From Anaerolineae bacterium (GTDB lineage Bacteria; Chloroflexota; Anaerolineae; B4-G1; SLSP01), in contig JBJYXQ010000500.1 of the NCBI GenBank assembly GCA_046260035.1, forward strand, positions 1-27,427: 27,427 nucleotides of DNA. The letters run 5' to 3'. This document shows positions 17,175 to 26,072 of this stretch, one piece after another (within the stretch, counting starts at the first letter, position 1; the number at the start of each line of letters is the position of its first letter). A program made the translations under genes and the position numbers. The notes beneath the pieces are model-generated. The model worked only from the letters and a program-made list of their open reading frames with translations. It was not told the DNA's origin and ran no database searches.

Positions 17175-18329
17175 ATGACGATAACACAACTACGCATTGG
17201 CATGATTGGTGTGACCGGACGAGGTGGGCTTTGGCGACACTGGCACCAGCCGGACGGGCGTTCGGTTGTTGTAGCCGGGGCGGACGTTAACCCGGCGTAT
17301 TTGGAGACCTTCAAGGCTGCGCACGGTGGTGATCCTTTTGTAACAGAGGATTACCGTGAATTGCTCGAACGCCCCGATGTCGATGCCGTGGCCGTCACGT
17401 CGCCGGATTTTTGCCACGAGACGCACGCGGTCGCTGCGTTGGAAGCCGGGAAACACGTCTTCTGCGAGAAGCCGCTGGCGATTACTATCGAAGGTTGCGA
17501 CCGCATCCTGCAGGCGTGGCAACGTTCCGGAACACGGCTTATGGTCGGCTTCAACATGCGTTATATGGCGATGTTCCGGGTGATGAAGGAGATTGTGGAT
17601 GCGGGCACCATCGGCGAGATCAAGGCCGTGTGGGTGCGGCACTTCGTTGGCTTTGGCAGCGACTTCTACTTCCACGATTGGCATGCCACACGCCAGAATG
17701 CGAACTCACTGCTACTGCAAAAAGGTTCACATGACCTCGACATGATTCACTGGATCACGGGACGTTATACCACGCGTACAGCGGCGTTCGGTAGTCTGGA
17801 TTTCTTCGGCGGCGACAAGCCCAACGATCTGACGTGCCCGACGTGCGCCGAGCGCGAAACCTGCACCGAAGCGCTGAACGGGCGACGCGTGCAGTGCGCG
17901 TTCCGCCAGGAAGTCGACGTAGAGGACAACCAGGTGATGATCATGGAGCTGGAAGGCGGCATCAAGGCATCTTACTTGCAATGCCACTTCACGCCGGATT
18001 ATCATCGCAACTACACCTTCATCGGCACGGAAGGACGCCTGGAGAACTCTGAGCCGGAGATGAAGGTGTGGGTGAAGACACGACGCTCGAACTCCTGGCG
18101 CGATTTAGCGGATCGTACCTATGACGTTAAACCAGCAGCGGGTGGGCACGGCGGTGCCGATCCGGTCATCTGCAAGGATTTTGTGGATATGTGCCTGGAC
18201 GGCAAAGAACCCGTGGCGTCGCCACTGGCGGGCCGGATGAGCGTTGCGGCGGGCGTTTGCGCGGCGCATTCGTTGCGCCATGGCGGCATCCCTGTGGATG
18301 TACCGCCAGCACCGGAAGGGTTTCGGTAG
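17175..18329 (+). CDS. Gfo/Idh/MocA-family NAD(P)-dependent oxidoreductase
   Basis: RIGMIGVTGRG, DVDAVAVTSPD, GKHVFCEKPLA, VGFNMRY, LLLQKGSHDLD, GGHGGAD. Confidence 0.92.
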   Translation: MTITQLRIGMIGVTGRGGLWRHWHQPDGRSVVVAGADVNPAYLETFKAAHGGDPFVTEDYRELLERPDVDAVAVTSPDFCHETHAVAALEAGKHVFCEKPLAITIEGCDRILQAWQRSGTRLMVGFNMRYMAMFRVMKEIVDAGTIGEIKAVWVRHFVGFGSDFYFHDWHATRQNANSLLLQKGSHDLDMIHWITGRYTTRTAAFGSLDFFGGDKPNDLTCPTCAERETCTEALNGRRVQCAFRQEVDVEDNQVMIMELEGGIKASYLQCHFTPDYHRNYTFIGTEGRLENSEPEMKVWVKTRRSNSWRDLADRTYDVKPAAGGHGGADPVICKDFVDMCLDGKEPVASPLAGRMSVAAGVCAAHSLRHGGIPVDVPPAPEGFR

Positions 18330-18344
18330 TCGTAGATTCCATTC

Positions 18345-18360
18345 TGTGAAAATGATCAAT
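18345..18360. promoter_or_regulatory. Possible Crp/Fnr-family site upstream of the cytochrome c gene
   Basis: TGTGA-AAATGA-TCAAT matches TGTGA-N6-TCACA at 8/10 positions and contains the FNR half-site ATCAA. Confidence 0.3.
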
Positions 18361-18456
18361 CGCAAATCAACAAATTTGCACTAACGCCAAAAGCTCTATG
18401 GTGATTGGCGAAATTAGCAACAAGAATATTGATATTTTAGTGTAGAGGAGGATATG

Positions 18457-18786
18457 ATGCGAATGCGAACGATGCGGGGTTGGCTTGTGGTACTGCTGGT
18501 TGTGAGTGGCGCGTTGCTTTGGGCGTGCGGTGGTTCGACACCAAGTACAGATCCGCCGGCAGCCACAACTGAGTCAACTTCCGGGGAGACAGCCGCGATC
18601 GATGGGGCGGCACTGCTGGAAGAGCGCTGCGTCGCCTGTCACGGCTTGGGTAGAGTGACGGGAGCACGCTATACGCAGGAGGAATGGCAGCAGATTGTTA
18701 CCATTATGGTCCAGAAAGGAGCTGTGCTGAATACCCAGGAGAAAACGGTACTCGTAGCTCATCTGGCAGAGACGTATAAGCCGTAG
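18457..18786 (+). CDS. Small monoheme c-type cytochrome lipoprotein (109 aa)
   Basis: SD GGAGG 5 nt before ATG 18457 (18454 is an alternative start); signal peptide with lipobox-like LWAC; S/T/P linker; CVACH heme-binding motif. Confidence 0.85.
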   Translation: MRMRTMRGWLVVLLVVSGALLWACGGSTPSTDPPAATTESTSGETAAIDGAALLEERCVACHGLGRVTGARYTQEEWQQIVTIMVQKGAVLNTQEKTVLVAHLAETYKP

Positions 18787-18872
18787 GTGCGAATGCAGGT
18801 GTGCGTCGTGCACTGGATGGACTAATCAGCACTACTGCCCCGAACGTATTTAGAATCTATGTATGTCAATCC

Positions 18873-18912
18873 AGACCTGATAGGCTATCTTTTTAGCCTG
18901 TCAGGTCTTTTT
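18873..18912 (+). terminator. Intrinsic terminator after the cytochrome c gene
   Basis: AGACCTGATAGGCTA (18873-18887) pairs with TAGCCTGTCAGGTCT (18894-18908), one G-U, followed by a T run. Confidence 0.8.
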
Positions 18913-19031
18913 AATGCGGTTTTTGTTCTCAAATTGCAACATATTTGCAAGGATTATGGTTTTATCTCTGGCCCTTTTTGCTGTAGAATAGAAAATGCAG
19001 GCAGGTACGCGAGATTTGAAAGGAGAGGAAA

Positions 19032-20210
19032 ATGCACTTTATCATCGTTGGCGGGGGAGTAGCGGGAATCACTGCGGCGTTGGAATTGGCAAACCGTAGA
19101 GTGGGCAAAGTTTCGGTTTACTCGGATGAGACGTATCCGTACTATTACCGCCCGCAACTGACGGAGTTCCTGGCTGGAGGGATTACGCTGGAGCGGCTGT
19201 TGCGCCGCGACCTGGCGTGGTATAAGGGACGTGGCATCGATATTTACCTGGGCCGCAGCGTCACGCGCGTGGAACCGGATGCTAAGGCAATCGTCTTGGT
19301 AGATGGGGCGCGTGTGGAGTACGACAAACTCCTGTTGGCAACGGGTAGTGTACCTTTCGTGCCACCGATCAAAGGTATCGACAAGAGCGGCGTCTTTACC
19401 TGGCGCACGTTGGCCGATACGTTGGAGCTTGAGCAGGTGGCGTCGTCTTGTGGGAAGACGATCGTCCTGGGGGGCGGCTTGTTGGGACTGGAAGCCGCGC
19501 GAGGGTTGATGGGATTCTGCGGGAATGTCACCGTGCTGGAGTATTTTCCCCGCTTGTTGCCGCGCCAGTTGGATGTCGAAGGTGCAGCCGTGTTGCAGCG
19601 GTTTGTCGAGTCCTTGGGGATTCGCGTGGTCGTGGATGCGCAGACCGAAGAAGTTCTGGGCGACCAGGCTGTGACCGGCCTCCGGCTGAAAGACGGGCAA
19701 GAATTCACTGCCGGGATGGTGCTCGTGGCGTCGGGTGTGCGTTGCCAGGCGCGCCTGGCGCAGGAGGCCGGGCTGGCGGTGGATCGCGGCATCGTGGTGG
19801 ATGAGTATATGGCGACGAGCGAGCCAGACATCTACGCTGCTGGAGACGTGGCTGTTTTTAAGGGGCATTCCTGGGCAATTGCCCCGATCGCACAGGCGCA
19901 GGGACGGATAGCAGCGAAGAACATGGCGGGCGACACCACCGTCTACGATGTTGTAGTGCCGTCTACGACGTTGAAAGTTGTTGGCATCGATGTCAGCTCA
20001 GTCGGTCTGGTCAATCCTGAAACCGATGATTACATTGAGGTTCGCGTTAAGGATGCTGAGGCCAATTTGTACAAAAAGATTGTGTTGCATGACGGAAAGA
20101 TTGTTGGCTCGATTGTCATCAATAACAAGGTGCTGGCGAAGAACCTGGAGAACCGCATCGCGCAACATGAGGCGATGACGCCCGATCAAGCGCGCGCGCT
20201 GCTGGCTTAA
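19032..20210 (+). CDS. NAD(P)/FAD-dependent oxidoreductase (NADH:rubredoxin oxidoreductase / NirB-N-terminal-like)
   Basis: IIVGGGVAG, YDKLLLATGS, VLGGGLLGLEAA, DIYAAGDVA, C-terminal YKKIVLHDGKIVG. It lacks the C-terminal Cys cluster motifs of full NirB. Confidence 0.88.
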   Translation: MHFIIVGGGVAGITAALELANRRVGKVSVYSDETYPYYYRPQLTEFLAGGITLERLLRRDLAWYKGRGIDIYLGRSVTRVEPDAKAIVLVDGARVEYDKLLLATGSVPFVPPIKGIDKSGVFTWRTLADTLELEQVASSCGKTIVLGGGLLGLEAARGLMGFCGNVTVLEYFPRLLPRQLDVEGAAVLQRFVESLGIRVVVDAQTEEVLGDQAVTGLRLKDGQEFTAGMVLVASGVRCQARLAQEAGLAVDRGIVVDEYMATSEPDIYAAGDVAVFKGHSWAIAPIAQAQGRIAAKNMAGDTTVYDVVVPSTTLKVVGIDVSSVGLVNPETDDYIEVRVKDAEANLYKKIVLHDGKIVGSIVINNKVLAKNLENRIAQHEAMTPDQARALLA

Positions 20211-20234
20211 TATCTAGAGCAGGATTATTGTTAC

Positions 20235-23200
20235 TTGTTGAAGAAACCTTTGGATCCTGATATGAATCTGTCGCATCTTCCCGATCAATTTCCGGGAATC
20301 GACACGCTTTATCGGTTGGCCCGTTCGCTGATCAAGTTCGACAACCTGCCGGATTTGTTGCGAGCTGTGGTGGATGAAGTCGGTGCAGCGCTCAATGCCT
20401 CATGGGTGCTGTTGGTCACGTTTGATGCGCCTCATCAGCGGATTCTCGACTGCGTACAGGGTGGGCCGGATGCCAATCCTGACCTAAACCTGTCGTTCGA
20501 GACCTTGACTAAACTATCACGCGTGCATCTTTGGCCTCCTGAAAAGGCAGCGTTGTCGAGCAGCGAGTGTCTTCTCCTGAATGCTGATGCGGTCGCGTTT
20601 GGGGAGCAGTTTGACCATGACTTTGGTTCGGTCATCGCAGTGCCGTTGTTATACCGGGATAAGATGATCGGCCTGCTGATCTCGGCGCGTCCCACTGCTG
20701 AACCGGCGTTTACTGACCAGGATGTCGTGCTCATCTCGGTCGTTGCCAACCAGACCGTAGCCGCCATTGAGAATTCCCGCTTACTGACATCGCTGAGCCA
20801 AGAAAAGGCGCAGTTGGAGCTATTGTATCGCTTGGGGCAGCATCTTTCTAGCAGCCTGGATATTCACACGGTGTGCCAGTTGGCGCTTGATGAAATCTGT
20901 GCGGTTTTCGAAGAATCGTTCGGTTTGCTCTTTATCGTCGATGCCGAGACGGGAGCCGTACAGTTGATGGCCCAAGTTGGGTTTGGCGACGAAGTACTAC
21001 AATTTATGCTGGAGCGTTTTCAGAAGGGTAAAGGGCTGACCGGTTGGGTGGTTCAAAACCGGCAGATGGCGGTGTTGGACGATGTGACCGCCGATTCGCG
21101 TTGGATTTCGGTGCATGAAGAAATCCCCCCATCTTCTGGGGTAAGCGTGCCTTTATTCAGTGGCGAAGACCTCCTTGGCGTGATGACGCTCTCCAAGCCT
21201 GGACGGGCCTCCTTTACGCCAGAATACTGCCGATTGCTAGAATCCGCGGCCGCAACGATCGCTATTGCGATCTTCAATGCGCAGTTGTTTGGCAAGGTCC
21301 AGCAGCGTGCGCATGAACAAGAGCATATCAGTGAAGTCGCGCGTGCGCTGAATACACTCGATGTGCAGCAGGCGTTTCCGGTATTGGTGCAGGGCTTGTT
21401 CGCGCTGGCCGAATGTGAATCGGTCGTACTGGCGTTGAGTGACGAACCACGGCATGCCTTAACGGTCGTCGAATCTACCTTCTTGCCGTTGCCTGTCGGG
21501 AGTGCATTGCTTCTGCCACCAGCCATCCAGACACATCTGCAAAGCGGGAAACCGCACGTGACTGTCGATTTGGACAGTGCGAGTGATGATGCGCTGCTCC
21601 AGGAACTCCGTGCACAGGGCGCGCGCTCGCGCGTGTTGTTCCCGTTGATCGCTAGCGGGCGGATGCTGGGTGTGCTCTATTTGGGAAGCCGGCTGGCGCT
21701 AACCCCGGCGCAGATTCCCATACTGCAACAGATCGTTGATATGGTGACCATCGCCGTGGAGAACGATCGTCTGTTTCGTGCTGAACAACGTCAGCGCGAG
21801 GTTGCCGAGCGGCTCCAGGAGACAGCGCTGGTGGTGAATACCCTGGACCTGCAAAATGTCCTCACGTTGATTATGGACCAATTGGAAAGTATCTTCCCAT
21901 ACGAAAGCGGCAGCGTCCAGATCCTTGAACAAGACACAATGTGCGTTATCGCCACGCGCAATGCTCCCCACGCGCCGGTAGGGATGTGTTATTCGCTGAA
22001 AGATCATCCGTATCATCGCCGTTTGGCCGAGGGTGAAGTGGTTGTTATTGAAGATGTTCAGCAGAATGATATGGGCTGGGTTCCTTTCAATGAGGCACTC
22101 TATCTGCGGTCAAACATTGGGGTACCGCTGTGGGTGCGCGATAAAGTCATTGGCGCATTGACTATTGATAACAGAGGGGCGCGGAAGTATACGGAAGAAG
22201 ATGTCCGCGTGATCCAGGTATTTGCACAGCAGGCGGCCATCGCTATCGAGAATGCTCGATTGTTCGAGGAACAGCGCGTTCAGCGGGAGTTGGCTGAAGC
22301 ACTGGAAGCAGCGGCAGCGGTGGTGAGCAGTGTGCTGGACTTTGACCAGGTCTTGGATTACATCTTGGATCAAGTGGCGCGTTTTGTGCGCGGTGACACC
22401 TACAACATTATTCTGATCGAGGATGGAGTAGGGCGTATGATCCGTTGGCGTGGTTACGAAGAGCACCAGATCCCTATGCCGTCTCAAGGCCGTGACAATA
22501 TCCCCGTTATGACGTATCCTAGCTTGGTGCAGATGATCGAGGATGGCCTGCCGACGTTTGTGAGTGACACTTGGGAAGATCCACGCTGGCGCATGGTTCG
22601 TGGGCAAGAAAAGCTCCGTGCTTACGTCGCTGCCCCCATTCGCATCGCCGGCAAAACTGAGGGATTTATCAATGTCTCTGGCCTGACGCCTCACCAATTC
22701 GGTCCGCAGGAGGCGCAGCGGCTTAAAGCCTTTGCCGATCATGCTTCAATCGCGCTTCAGAATGCGCGCCTGTTCCAGGAAACTTTGCACCATACTGAGG
22801 TTCTTGAGCGACGCGTGCGCGAGCGCACTGCTGAACTTGAGGCGCAAAACGCCTGGCTGGAAGCCGTCCTCGGTAGCACATCTGATGGAATGATCATTAC
22901 GGATAGTGACGGGCAAATCGCGGATGCCAACCGTGTCGCCAAGATGTGGCTCTACCATTCGCTCCCGGAATCTGATGTCGAGCGGCTGCGTGAGACGATC
23001 CGTGATCTGGCGCGGCACGCAGGTGTCCGACCGGATGCGGTTCTCGAATTGACTGGTCTGGACCTGGAATTGAGCGCATCGCCTATCTTTGGTGAAGAGG
23101 GCACCATAGGGCCTGCTGTTCTCATTGTCGTTCATGACGTGAGCTATCTCAAAGCATTGGATCGGGTGAAATCCCAGTTTGTTTCCAACGTTTCACATGA

Positions 23201-23849
23201 ATTGCGCACGCCATTGACCTCGATTCGTCTGTATTCTTCGTTGATCCAGCGCAGCCCGGAAAATTCAGAGCGTTACTTCGAGCCATTGGAGCGCGAGGTG
23301 GATCGTCTTTCAAAACTGGTGGAGGATATTCTCCAAATCTCAAGGATCGAAGCGGGCCAATTGGAATTGGATCGGCGAATTGTCGATCTAAATCTGCTGA
23401 CCGAGATGGCTGTGATGAGCCATCACATCCTGGCTGAATCGCGTGGGCTGACTATGACGTATCAGGCTACCAACGGGAAAACAATGGTCTCGGTTGATTA
23501 TGACAAATTTATGCAGGTGATCAACAATCTTATTGAGAATGCGATCAACTATACGCCTGATGGGGGAGAGATCCAAGTTGCCACAGAGTGTTGTGTGAAA
23601 GATAAACGTCCATGGGCTGCCGTAACAGTGCGTGATACCGGCATCGGCATTCCTGAACATGAGATTCAACATCTCTTCGAGCGGTTTTTTCGCGGTGGCG
23701 AACCACAAGAAATGCGCGTTCAAGGCAGTGGCCTTGGATTGGCAATTGTCAAAGAAATAGTAGAATTGCATGGCGGTACGGTAACGGTTGAAAGCCAGGT
23801 CGGTGACGGCTCGACGTTTACGGTGTGGTTGCCCTTGATGGAAGCCTAA
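20235..23849 (+). CDS. Cytoplasmic sensor histidine kinase: five GAF domains, PAS-like domain, HisKA, HATPase_c
   Basis: Five units ending AAIENSRL, AIAIFNAQL, TIAVENDRL, AIAIENARL and SIALQNARL; VLGSTSDGMIITDSDG; SHELRTPL; NLIENAINY, DTGIGI, FERFFR, GSGLGL. No TM segment seen. Start is uncertain (TTG 20235 or ATG of MNLSH). Confidence 0.92.
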   Translation: MLKKPLDPDMNLSHLPDQFPGIDTLYRLARSLIKFDNLPDLLRAVVDEVGAALNASWVLLVTFDAPHQRILDCVQGGPDANPDLNLSFETLTKLSRVHLWPPEKAALSSSECLLLNADAVAFGEQFDHDFGSVIAVPLLYRDKMIGLLISARPTAEPAFTDQDVVLISVVANQTVAAIENSRLLTSLSQEKAQLELLYRLGQHLSSSLDIHTVCQLALDEICAVFEESFGLLFIVDAETGAVQLMAQVGFGDEVLQFMLERFQKGKGLTGWVVQNRQMAVLDDVTADSRWISVHEEIPPSSGVSVPLFSGEDLLGVMTLSKPGRASFTPEYCRLLESAAATIAIAIFNAQLFGKVQQRAHEQEHISEVARALNTLDVQQAFPVLVQGLFALAECESVVLALSDEPRHALTVVESTFLPLPVGSALLLPPAIQTHLQSGKPHVTVDLDSASDDALLQELRAQGARSRVLFPLIASGRMLGVLYLGSRLALTPAQIPILQQIVDMVTIAVENDRLFRAEQRQREVAERLQETALVVNTLDLQNVLTLIMDQLESIFPYESGSVQILEQDTMCVIATRNAPHAPVGMCYSLKDHPYHRRLAEGEVVVIEDVQQNDMGWVPFNEALYLRSNIGVPLWVRDKVIGALTIDNRGARKYTEEDVRVIQVFAQQAAIAIENARLFEEQRVQRELAEALEAAAAVVSSVLDFDQVLDYILDQVARFVRGDTYNIILIEDGVGRMIRWRGYEEHQIPMPSQGRDNIPVMTYPSLVQMIEDGLPTFVSDTWEDPRWRMVRGQEKLRAYVAAPIRIAGKTEGFINVSGLTPHQFGPQEAQRLKAFADHASIALQNARLFQETLHHTEVLERRVRERTAELEAQNAWLEAVLGSTSDGMIITDSDGQIADANRVAKMWLYHSLPESDVERLRETIRDLARHAGVRPDAVLELTGLDLELSASPIFGEEGTIGPAVLIVVHDVSYLKALDRVKSQFVSNVSHELRTPLTSIRLYSSLIQRSPENSERYFEPLEREVDRLSKLVEDILQISRIEAGQLELDRRIVDLNLLTEMAVMSHHILAESRGLTMTYQATNGKTMVSVDYDKFMQVINNLIENAINYTPDGGEIQVATECCVKDKRPWAAVTVRDTGIGIPEHEIQHLFERFFRGGEPQEMRVQGSGLGLAIVKEIVELHGGTVTVESQVGDGSTFTVWLPLMEA

Positions 23850-23969
23850 GAACCTATCCGAAGATTCGTCGTTGAAGCAACAGAAACTCTCGCAAGTACG
23901 ATTTTTGGATAGAATCTGAATCGGTCGTGATGTGTGCGCTAAAAATGGTTTGTCACAGAGGAGGAATTG

Positions 23970-25076
23970 ATGGCAAAGAAGCAAATTCTCGTTGTTGAGG
24001 ATCAAGATCTTTTGCTGATGGCTATCCGCGATGTGTTGGAAATGGAAGGTTATCGGGTGACTACGGCCGGCGATGGCATCGAAGGGTTGGAGGTGATGCA
24101 GGCCCTTGCCCCGGATCTTATCATTGCCGATATTTCAATGCCCAGGATGGATGGTTACAAATTCTTCGAAGCGGTTCATGCCCGGCCTGAATGGATCCCA
24201 ATCCCCTTCATTTTTCTGACAGCGCGAGCCGAAAAAGAGGATCGCCTGAAGGGCAAAGCGATGGGGGCGGAGGACTACCTCGTCAAACCCTTCGATCCTC
24301 AAGAACTTCTCGTGGTCGTGCGCTCGCGTATTGGGCGAGCGGAGGCTATACGCGAAGCGACAGAGGGTGAATTTGAGGAGCTCAAACAACAAATCATCAC
24401 ACTGTTGAGTCACGAGTTGCGCACACCGTTGACCAGCGTTTACGGGTACACTGAGTTAGCCTTGGAGGATGCTGCTACCCTGCCATCCGGTGAATTCCAG
24501 CAGTATCTTGTAGGTATCCGGCGTGGCGCTGACCGGCTCAGGACTCTGGTTGAGGATCTGCTGATGATCGTGCGCCTGGATACCGGGCAGTTGGAACGAG
24601 AATTCCGGCTTCTGGCTACGCTGCGAGACAATCTCGGCGAGATCATCACGCGTACTGTTGGTTTGTTCAGCGCGCAGGCGGAGCGGGAGAATATCATCTT
24701 AGAGACCAACATCGCACCGAATTTGCCTCCGGTGCTGATCTACGATAACTTCTTTACCGATGCGCTTGGCCGGTTGATTGATAACGCGATCAAATTCTCC
24801 CGCAGAAAGGGCGAGCGCGTGATAGTGTCGGCTCAAGCTGTGGACGGCTGGGTGGAAATCGCCGTCACTGATGAGGGGGTCGGGATCTCGCCTCAAGGTG
24901 TAGCCCGTCTTTTCGAACGTTTCCGCCAGATCGATCGGGAAAAGATGGAACAACAAGGAATTGGTCTGGGTTTATCGATTGTCAAAGCTCTGATTAGTTG
25001 TATGGAAGGTGAGGTCGGCGTCGCCAGTGAGCTTGGGGAAGGGAGCACTTTTACGATTCGCCTTCCGGAAGCATAA
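23970..25076 (+). CDS. Hybrid response regulator-histidine kinase (REC-HisKA-HATPase_c), 368 aa
   Basis: SD GGAGG before ATG 23970; ILVVED, DLIIADISMPRMDG, YLVKPF; SHELRTPL; DNAIKFS, DEGVGI, GIGLGL. Confidence 0.93.
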   Translation: MAKKQILVVEDQDLLLMAIRDVLEMEGYRVTTAGDGIEGLEVMQALAPDLIIADISMPRMDGYKFFEAVHARPEWIPIPFIFLTARAEKEDRLKGKAMGAEDYLVKPFDPQELLVVVRSRIGRAEAIREATEGEFEELKQQIITLLSHELRTPLTSVYGYTELALEDAATLPSGEFQQYLVGIRRGADRLRTLVEDLLMIVRLDTGQLEREFRLLATLRDNLGEIITRTVGLFSAQAERENIILETNIAPNLPPVLIYDNFFTDALGRLIDNAIKFSRRKGERVIVSAQAVDGWVEIAVTDEGVGISPQGVARLFERFRQIDREKMEQQGIGLGLSIVKALISCMEGEVGVASELGEGSTFTIRLPEA

Positions 25077-25154
25077 GGACAGTAGATCACACCTAATACG
25101 GGCGTTTCGCACTGCCCGGTGTGTGCGAAGGCCCTATTGATCAGTGCCGTGATG

Positions 25155-25243
25155 TTGACTGCGCCGCGCCAGCAGACGTGGCGCAGTCAATATTTTGTGT
25201 GGTTTTTGGGCGCGGCGTAGCCCGCCCAAAAGCCACACATTTT
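25155..25243 (+). terminator. Two adjacent long hairpins after the kinase pair; the second resembles an intrinsic terminator
   Basis: TTGACTGCGCC (25155-25165) pairs with GGCGCAGTCAA (25180-25190). TGTGTGGTTTTTGGGCG (25196-25212) pairs with CGCCCAAAAGCCACACA (25223-25239) and is followed by TTTT. Confidence 0.6.
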
Positions 25244-25346
25244 AGTTACCCTCTCTTCCCGCGCGTGGGTTAGGGAGGATGGGTTACATCCTGCCATGTA
25301 TAGGTCGAGAGAATCGAGGTTAAATGCGATAGTCCTGTTCCCTTTC

Positions 25347-25376
25347 TTGACAAATATCGTATACAGTGTATAAAAT
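25347..25376 (+). promoter_or_regulatory. sigma70-type promoter of the tetR-exporter unit
   Basis: TTGACA (25347-25352) with TATAAA (25369-25374, 16-bp spacer) or TAAAAT (25371-25376, 18-bp spacer). Confidence 0.75.
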
Positions 25377-25393
25377 ATACGCTGTATACGATA
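25355..25393. promoter_or_regulatory. Double TetR-type operator overlapping the promoter
   Basis: 39-bp inverted repeat TATCGTATACAGTGTATA-AAA-TATACGCTGTATACGATA with one mismatch. Each arm holds a 13-bp TATAC-N3-GTATA palindrome. Confidence 0.75.
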
Positions 25394-25405
25394 AGAGGGA
25401 ATCCC

Positions 25406-26020
25406 ATGCCACGACCAAAACAGACTGAAGAAGAACGCGAAGCGATGCGCGGTCGCATTCTGGATGCTGCGCACGAGTTATTGATGGAACAAGGGCCAGA
25501 AGCCCTCAGCACGCGCGTCATCGCTGACCGGCTTGGCGTATCGCACATGGTTTTGTACACCTACTTCGAAAACTACGACGCGTTGGCCGAGGCGCTTCGC
25601 GCGCGCCTGCGCGAGGAACGGGAAGCTTCGCGCGCCGAGGCGTTGCGCCAGGCTGAGAGTGGGGATGTGGTTGCGGTGATGCGCGAGTCGCTCATGCGTT
25701 ATGTCACGGCGGCAAAAGAGCATCCCAGGATGTATACATTTCTGTGGGTACAATCGATCTCTCGCGATTTGGCTTGTCGGGAACCTCACCGTCCCTATCA
25801 GGGCAACGTGCGCCATCTGGCGCAGTTAGCGCAGCTTGGTATGGAGCGTGGCGTATTCGTACGCCGCGATCCAACCCTGGCTGCGGCAACAGTTTTCGCC
25901 ATCATCCATGCCCCTTCGCTGTTTTATCACAATGGACGGCTGACAGATGAAAATTTGCGTGATCAGATGTCCGCCGAAGCATTGGAAGCGGCGATAGCCT
26001 ACTTGATGCGTGAAATGTGA
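25406..26020 (+). CDS. TetR/AcrR-family transcriptional regulator
   Basis: N-terminal HTH RILDAAHELLMEQGPEALSTRVIADRLGVSHMVLYTYFENYDAL. Confidence 0.92.
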   Translation: MPRPKQTEEEREAMRGRILDAAHELLMEQGPEALSTRVIADRLGVSHMVLYTYFENYDALAEALRARLREEREASRAEALRQAESGDVVAVMRESLMRYVTAAKEHPRMYTFLWVQSISRDLACREPHRPYQGNVRHLAQLAQLGMERGVFVRRDPTLAAATVFAIIHAPSLFYHNGRLTDENLRDQMSAEALEAAIAYLMREM

Positions 26021-26072
26021 AATGTGCCACGCAGTCCGTTATTCGTAGTTCATCATTCGCAAGGAGCCTTGT

